NCBI GenBank assembly: GCA_016748015.1 | Contig: JAAOMT010000134.1 | Coordinates: 378,757-442,756, forward strand | DNA from: Geosiphon pyriformis uo1 | Taxonomy: Eukaryota; Fungi; Glomeromycota | Direction of reading: 5' to 3' | DNA: 64,000 nt | Part shown: piece by piece, positions 52,576 through 61,500 of the stretch | How positions within the stretch are numbered: position 1 is the stretch's first letter | How the letters are laid out: the number at the start of each line of letters is the position of its first letter | Position numbers and translations under genes: made by a program | Notes under the pieces: generated by a model | Databases searched by the model: none | Told to the model about the DNA's origin: nothing | Seen by the model: the letters and a program-made list of their open reading frames with translations, nothing else

Positions 52576-55500
52576 CTATTCTGAGGCTAAACAGCGGTTG
52601 CTATCACTAACATATTCATTGACAATGAAACGGGCAGCTTCAATAGCACGTTTAGTAATGTCCTCCCTAGGGCCTTGAATGCCTTTGCTTTTGAACAGTC
52701 TTTCAACCTCTTCAGTAGCTAATTTTTCGATGAGCTGCTGTGATGCATCGCTGTTGTGGGCTTGACGATTATGAGTTTCTTCACGTGAATGCCTATATCT
52801 ACAGATGGTCTCAGCGGCGGCACCGGCAACAAGATGTTCAGAATTTAAGGAGACGGTTTTATGAACTACGGTACGTTCACTTTCCCAACCAGATTCTCCT
52901 TCAACCTTTTCCCATTTCCCCTTCGAAGTGAAAGAGGAAACGGATTTTTCAACAAAATAATGGTGGGTTGCTTGTAATAATTCTTGTTCCAACGCGGCAT
53001 CACCAATTTGCGCCCTAATCCAAGAGCGGGCACGTTCATATTCGGTCTTCAAGTGTCCCTCATGGCTTTTGTGAACTTCCTCAATGTAAACTAGAGTAAG
53101 GGCAGTTTCGTAGACAGAGGAATCCAAGTTTCGGAGACGATCACTTTGCACGTTTTGTCGGATTGAAGACGTCAAGACATTAGTGGTGATCCGAAGATTG
53201 TTCGAGATGGATTGGTGAAGAGTGAAAGACCCATTATGTTGCTGAGCAGAAACCAAGCTCTTGATTTCTTCAACAGAAGAAGTGTCGCGAAGTTTTTGAA
53301 TAGCTTCTTGTTTCAATTCTTCAGTAACTTCAATTTCATGCTCAGTTACTTCTACCGAACTAATTACTTTTTCAATTACCAGTTTTTCAGAAGTAGCCAA
53401 AAGTTCTTTTTCTAGTTCGTGGTCACCTATTTGATTCTTCAGGTATTGGCGTGCGAGTTTGGATTGTTCTTGCCACGATTGTTTATGAGCGACCGAAGTT
53501 TTTTCGAGATATGAAATGACGATTGCGGTTTGCCACCAAGAAGGTTTCGCGGCTTTCTTAAGTTTGTCACTGATTTGATATTCATGAATAGAATCAGTGA
53601 AGTTGTCCCCTTCGATTTGAAGTTGATAAGAGACTTGGTGACTAATTTCAAAAGATCCGTCCTGTTTTTGTTTCGAGATAGCCTCTTGAGCCACTTCAAG
53701 TGGGATCGAATTTTGAATAGCAGTCAGGATTGCTTCCTGCTTTTCTTGGGAATATTCTTTTTTATCACCAATTCTTTTACGCGTGGTTTTGCGTTGAGTG
53801 GCTCCTTGTTGGAGGATAACCTTTCGTGTAACTTTTTCAACTACAAACTTTTCAGACACTTGAAGAATTTCTTCTTCCAATTTGGAATCTTTGATCTCGT
53901 GTCTGAGATAATTTCTGGCTTCATCATATTTGGCTTGCCAATGGGAATCATGGGCCGAAGAAGTCTTTTTGAGGTAGGCAAGAGTGACAGCGGTTGACCA
54001 CCAAGTAGGTTTAGCAGATTTCTTGAGTTTTTCACTGACTTCATAATTTTGTACAGAGGTGATCAAATTTTCCGAAGATGAAATGTCAAGTTCATCGGTA
54101 ATAACATTGGTCAATTCGAATGATCCGTTATCTTTCTGTGCCGATATTATCGATTGTGCAGTTTCGACAGTGGTCTTAGATGCAATAATGTCATTAAATA
54201 CAGCTTCTTGAATTTCAGAAGAACTTGCTGCTTTTGAAACTACTAATTTCTGAGTGGCCTTTTCAACCACAAATTCCTCTGAAGTTTTAATTATTTCTTC
54301 TTCCAGAGTAGAATCATTAATTTCATCTTTAAGATATTTTCGGGCTTTTTCGTACTCGGTTTGCCAATGTGATTGATGATTAGCTGAAGCCTTTTTGAGA
54401 TAAGCGAGAGTAACAGCGGTCGTCCACCAAGAAGGTTTGGCGGATTTTTTCAAATTTTCGCTGATCTCATGTTTGTGAATTGCGGCTACTAGGCTTTCAG
54501 AGGATGATATATCCAACTCTTGTGCTACCACTTGACTTAGTTCAAAAGACCCATTTTTCTTTTGAGAAGAAATTACTGTTTGTGTAGTTTCGACCGTCGT
54601 TTTTTCTTGTATCTCGGATACAGCTTGTTTTTGCCCTTCATGAGAGTGCCATAAAAGAGCACCGGTACCAGCAACAATTGAACCAATTATACCCGCAGTT
54701 ACCAACGAAGATTTTTGTTTTCCCTTCACTTCATGATCATCATTGTGTTGTTGTTGTTGCTGCTGCTGCTGCTGTTGTTGTTGAGTATTGACAGCTGTAA
54801 CTTGGGTTTCTTTTCTTTGGTCTACCTTTTTTATATTACCTAAATCTACTTGTTGTTCTGTTTCGGAGCCAACTATTTTACTAGATTGAGTTTTCGTCTT
54901 GTCAACAGTCTCTTTGAGGCTTTCCTGAGTAGTATGAGCGCCACCGGTTTGAGTTTTCGTCTTGTCAACAGTCTCTTTGAGGCTTTCCTGAGTAGTATGA
55001 GCGCCACCGGTTGCTGTTTCGACGCCTTGTTGAGTTGAAGATACTGTACCCGTGGTATTTTTGTTCTTATCGGTAATCTTTTCAGTTAAAGTATGAGCTC
55101 CTTCTTTAACTGATGCGGCTATACCTTCGGCGCCTTCATGTGCCTTTTTGCCCAAGAAGTAGAGAGCGGTTCCTCCTAGACCAGCGGCAGCAACTCCAGC
55201 AATAGCAGTGACTCCGGCGGTCTTTTTAGCAAAATGACCAGCAGAGCTAGCGATATCGGAAATCGTGGAAGTGGTATCAGAAAGTCCATGGGAGATTTTA
55301 GATTTTAAGGATTCTTCGGCTTCTACCGCAGTCTTGGATACGACTTTGTGAGTGATTTTTTCGACAACATACGTCTCGGATACTTGAAGAATTTCTTGTT
55401 CTAATTGAGCATCTTTAATTTCAGCGCTAAGGTACTTGCGAGCTTCATCGTATTTGGTTTGCCAAAGGGAATTATGGGCGGAGGACGTTTTCTTCAAATA

Positions 55501-58500
55501 TGCAATGGTAACTGCCGTTGTCCACCATGAAGACTTTGCGGATTTCTTGAGTTTTTCATTGTTGGTATATTTCACTATTGAGTTGACCAAAGTTTCAGAA
55601 GACGAAATGTTCAAATGATCTGAAACCACTTTACTCAGTTCAAAGGATCCATCATGTTTTTGAGCGGAAATAATGGAGTTAGTCGTTTCAACGGTAGTTA
55701 GTGATGCGGTCTCACTGATTGCAAGTTTTTGCGTCTGTTCTGATTTAGTGGCCTGACTTACAAGAGCTTTTTGAGTAGCTTTTTCAATGACAAACTTTTC
55801 GGAAACAAGTAGAATTTCCTCTTCTAATTTAGCGTCATTAATCTCGGATTTAAGATATTGAACAGCTTGGTCATGCTTGGCCTTCCAATGAGTTTCGTGT
55901 GAAGAAGAGGTATTCTGAAGGTACGCGATGGTGACGGCAGTTGTCCACCATGAGCTCTTGGCCGATTTTTTGAGTTTATCACTGATCTGGTATTTTTGAA
56001 CTGAAGAGACTAAGGTGTCGGAGGAAGTAATATCCAGCTCTTGAAGTACTACTTTACTTAATTCAAAAGATCCATTTTGTTGCTGAGAGGAGGCGATGGT
56101 TTCAATTTTTTCAACAGTGGTCTTGGATTGAATATCGTTCAAGACTGCTTGTTGCTTTTCCTGAGAATGCCACGCAAGAGTTCCACCAACTGCGGCCGCT
56201 CCACCAGCAGCAGCGAGACCTAGTAAGGTTGCTTTCTGTGAGAGCCATGACGAATTTTCTTTCTTTTCTTCTAAATGAGCTTCATTGGCTTTAGAGGCGG
56301 TCTGAGAGACGGCTTTATGGGTAAGTTGTTCAACTACGAAAGCTTTGGATACAACGAGAACTTCATCTTCCAAACTGGCATCCTTTATTTGTTCGCTGAG
56401 ATACTTGCGAGCTTCATCGTGTTTGGTTCTCCAGATTGAATCGTGCTCCTTGGCTGTTTGATCTAGATAGGCGATTGTGATACCAGTTGTCCACCATGAT
56501 GATTGAGCGGATCGCTTTAGCTTCTCGGTCGTAATATATCCTTGAATTGATTTTACCAATGTTTCAGAAGAGGCGAATCCGAGTTTCTCTGAAATCTCTT
56601 TGCTTAATTCAAAGGATCCGTCATGTTTCTGCGAGGAAATAATTGATTCGGTAGTTTTAACAGAGGTCTTGGATGCAATATCTTGAATAACAGCCGATTG
56701 GGTTTCTTTGGATTTGGAAGCTTTTTGAATAACAACTTTTTGTGTGGCTTTTTCGACTACGAATTTTTCTGAAATTCCAAGAATTTCCTGTTCTAACTTG
56801 GAATCGTTGATTTCTAATTTGAGATACTGCCGGGCTTGATCATATTGTTCTTGCCAGTGAGATTGATGAGCCGAAGAAGTGTTTTTAAGATATGCCAAAG
56901 TGACTGCAGTTGTCCACCAAGACGTCTTTGCTGATTTCTTAAGTTTCTCACTGACTTCGTATTTGTTAATTGATGCGACAAGGGATTGAGTCGAGTTAAT
57001 ATCAAGCTCATCTGAAATAACCTTACTTAAAACAAAAGACCCGTCTTGTTGATGCGATGATGAAATAATGGTTTGAGCCGTCTCAACTGTTGTTTTCGAT
57101 TGAATCTTTTCTAAAGCAGCCTTTTGTTCTTCATGAGAGTGCCAAGCAAGACCACCAATAGTCGCAGCAACACCGCTAGCAAGTCCAAGTCCAAGCACTG
57201 AACTCTTTGATATCCAAGATTCTCGTTCTTTCTTTTCAGTTTTCTTGGCAACTTCTTCTTTTATATGTGCTTCATGAACTTTAGCCGCAGTCTGAGACAC
57301 TGTTTGGTGTGTAATCTTTTCCACGACAAAGGACTCGGAGACTTGAAGAATTTCTTTTTCCAATTCAGCATCCTTTATCTCGGTGCTAAGATATTTGCGG
57401 GCTTCTTCATATTTAGCCAGCCATAATGAAGAATGAGTTGTTGAAGTTTGTTTAAGATAGGCTAATGTAACGGCGGTTGTCCACCAGGAAGCCTTCGAGG
57501 ATTTCTGGAGTTTTTCACTGGTAGCGTATTGTTGAACAGATTTCACCAAGGATTCAGTGGAGGACGTATTGAGTTGGTTCGAGATAACGGTACTTAGCTC
57601 AAAAGAACCGTCTTTTTTCTGATGAGATACAATGGATTGGACGGTCTCAGTTGTCGTTTTAGATGCAACCTGATCGATGGCAACTTTTTGTGTATTTTCC
57701 GATTTAGTCGCATTTTGAATGACAACTTTTTGGGTAGCTTTTTCAATCACGAATCTTTCCGAAACTTTGAGGATCTCTTCTTCTAAGGTAGCATTATTGA
57801 TTTCCGCGCTAAGATATCTACGAGCTTCATCGTATTTGACTTGCCATTGCGATTGGTGGGTAGATGAGACATTCTTAAGATAGGCAATAGTGATTGCAGT
57901 GGTCCACCAAGAGGTTTTCGCTGTCTTTTTAAGGTTTTCACTGAGCTCGTATTTTTGGACAGAGGTGACAAGAGATTGAGTGGAGGTGATATCAAGTTCT
58001 TCAGAGATAACCTTGCTTAATTCAAATGAACCATTTTTTTTTTGCGATGAGATGATGACTTGAGTAGTTTCAGGTGTCGTCTTTGATTGGATCTTTTCTA
58101 AAGCAGCCTTTTGCTCTTCACGCGAGTGCCATGCAAGGCCACCGATAGTTGCAGCAACACCACCGGCAAGTCCAAGTCCGAGTGCTGCACTCTTGGATAT
58201 CCAGGATTCTCGTTCTTTCTTGTCTTCTTTTTTGGCAACTTCTTCTTTCTTGTGAGCTTCTTCAACTTTTATTGCAGTCTGAGAGACCACATTATGAGTT
58301 AACTTTTCAACTACGAAAGCTTTGGATACAACGAGAACTTCATCTTCCAAACTGGCATCCTTTATTTGTTCGCTGAGATACTTGCGAGCTTCATCGTGTT
58401 TGGTTCTCCAGATTGAATCGTGCTCCTTGGCTGTTTGATCAAGATAGGCGATTGTGATACCAGTTGTCCACCATGATGATTTAGCAGATCGCTTTAGCTT

Positions 58501-61500
58501 CTCGGTCGTAATGTATTCTTGAATTGATTTTACCAATGTTTCAGAAGAGGCGAATCCGAGTTTCTCTGAAATCTCTTTGCTTAATTCAAAGGATCCGTCA
58601 TGTTTCTGCGAGGAAACAATTGATTCGGTAGTTTTAACAGAGGTCTTGGATGCAATATCTTGAATAACAGCCGTTTGGGTTTCTTTGGATTTAGAGGCTT
58701 TCTGAATGACTGCCTTCTGGGTAATCTTTTCGACAACAAAATTTTCAGAGACATGTAAAATTTCTTCTTCCAAATGAACGTCATTTATTTGCAAACTAAG
58801 ATATTTGCGGGCTTCATCATATTTCGCTTGCCAGTGGGATTGATGTGAAGAAGCAGTTTTCTGGAGGTAAGCAAGGGTAACTGCCGTTGTCCACCATGAG
58901 GCCTTTGTCGATTTCTTGAGTTTTTCGCTAACCTCATATTGCTGGATGGAGGTAACCAAATTCTCGGAGGTTGAGATGCCGAGTTCCTGCGAGATAATTT
59001 GACTTATTTCAAAAGATCCATCCTGCTTTTGACTAGATATAATTGTTTGCGTAGTTTCAACGGTTGTCGTTGATTCAACCTTTGCAAGCGCCGCTTTTTG
59101 CTCCTCATGCGAATGCCATGCAAGACCGCCAATGGCCGCGGTAGCAGCAGTAGCAAGACCGAGACCAAGCGTTGCGCCTTTAGACAACCAGGACTTGTCA
59201 TCTTTCTTTTCTTGTTTTTTATCAAGTGCTTCTTCATGGATTTTGGTGGCAGTCTCTGACACTGTTTTGTGGGTTAGCTTTTCGACCACAAAAGTCTTGG
59301 ACACAAGGAGAATTTCCTCTTCCAAAGAAGTATCCTGGATTTGTTCATGGAGGTACTTGCGAGCTCGATTGTATTTAGTTTTCCAGATGGAATCATGGGT
59401 ACCGGCAGTTTGAACTAGGTAGCTAATTGTGATGGCAGTCGTCCACCATGATTGCTTAGCAGATCTCTTCAGCTTTTCGGTCGTAACGTATTTTTGAATT
59501 GATTTTATTAATGTTTCAGAGGAGGTGAACCCGAGTTGCTTAGTTATATCTTTGCTTAATTCAAAGGACCCGTCATATTTCTGAGCAGAGGCAATTGATT
59601 TAACAGTTTCTACACTAGTTTTTGATGCAATGTTCTTGATAACAGTTTTCTGAGTCTCTGTAGATTTGGCGGCTTGTTCGACCACAGCTTTTTTAGTGAT
59701 TTTTTCAACAACAAATAACTCTGAAACATGCAAAATTTCTTCTTCCAAATGAACGTCCTTTATTTGTGAGCTCAAATATTTCCGTGCCTCATCATGTTTA
59801 ACTTTCCAAACGGAATCATGGGCAGATGAACTTTTTTCGAGATAAGCAAGAGTAACCGCAGTTGTCCACCAAGAGGTCTTTGCTGATTTTCGAAGTTTCT
59901 CACTTAACTCATATTTTTGAAGAGTGGCAACCAATGTCTCTGTAGAAGAAACATTAAGTTGTTCTGCGATGACTTTACTGAATTCAAATGAACCGTCGTG
60001 ATTATGTGAGGATAAAACCTTTTGAGTTGTGTGGGGTTTTGTCTTTTTCTGTAGCTCAACTATAGCAGCATTTTGCTTTTCATGCGAGTGCCAAGCAATA
60101 CCACCGCCTAAAGCAGCGCCTACGCCACTGAGTAGACCGGTTTTTAATAGACGAGACTCAATTTTTTGTTCCTCTGCATGTTTAGTTTCTTGAATTTTCG
60201 TTTCAAGCTTTTTAGTTTCCTGCTGTTTGACATTTGTATGGGTCTGATGGGCTTCCTGAACCTTGGATGCTGTTTGAGCCACCGTGGTTTGTGTTACCTT
60301 TTCGACTACGAATGTCTCTGAAACTTGGAGAATCTCTTCTTCCAACTTGGAATCATTGATCTCGTTGCTAAGGTATTTACGGGCTTCTTCATATTTAGCT
60401 TTCCAGATAGAGTCATGAGCTGTGGAAGTTTGCTTAAGATAGGCGAGAGTTACCGCAGTTGTCCACCAGGAGGGCTTGCTGGTTTTCCGCAATTTTTCGC
60501 TTGTCGTATGACTTTGAACAGAACTTACCAAAGTTTCAGAAGAGGAGACGTTGAGTTGATTAGAAATCACTTTGTTTAGTTCAAAAGAACCGTCTGTTTT
60601 TTGAGACGAGAGGATGGTTTTGGTTGTTTCTACACTAGTTTTAGAAGCGAGTTCCTTGATTACTGACTCTTGAGTTTCCTTAGACTTGGAAGCATTGGTC
60701 ACGAGGACTTTTTGGGTTACTTTCTCCACAACAAAAGTATCTGAAACCCTTAAAATTTCTTCTTCCAAACTATTGTTCTTGATTTCAAGCCTAAGATATT
60801 TTCTGGCCTCGTCATACTTTGCTTGCCAAACTGCATCATGAGCCGATGAAGTATTTTTGAGATAAGCAATAGTAATAGCGGTTGTCCACCAGGACGTTTT
60901 GGCCGTTTTCTTTAACGTTTCACTAACTTCGTATTTCTCAATTAAGCTAACTAATGTTTGTGAAGATGAAATGTCCAACTCTTTCAACACTACTTGACTC
61001 AACTCAAATGACCCATTCTTATTCTGGGAAGATAGTATAACTTTGGTGGTGTCCACTGTAGTTTTCGATTGGATTTCGGTTAGAGCAGCTTTTTGTTTTT
61101 CCTGAGAGTGCCATGCAAGAGCGCCACCTATCGCAGAAACGCCACCAACAATACCAAGGCCAGCCAAAGCAGTTTTTGAGATCCATGATGAATTTTCTTT
61201 CTTTTCTTCTAAATGAGCTTCGTGGGCTTTAGAGGCGGTCTGAGAGACGGCTTTATGGGTAAGTCGTTCAACTACGAAAGCCTTGGATACAATGAGAACT
61301 TCATTTTCCAAACTGTCATCATTTATTTGTTCGCGGAGATACTTGCGAGCTTCATCGTGTTTGGTTCTCCAGATTGAATCGTGCTCCTTGGCTGTTTGAT
61401 CAAGATAGGCGATTGTGATACCAGTTTTCCACCATGATGATTGAGCGGATCGCTTTAGCCTATCGGTCGTAATGTATTCTTGAATTGATTTTACTAATGT

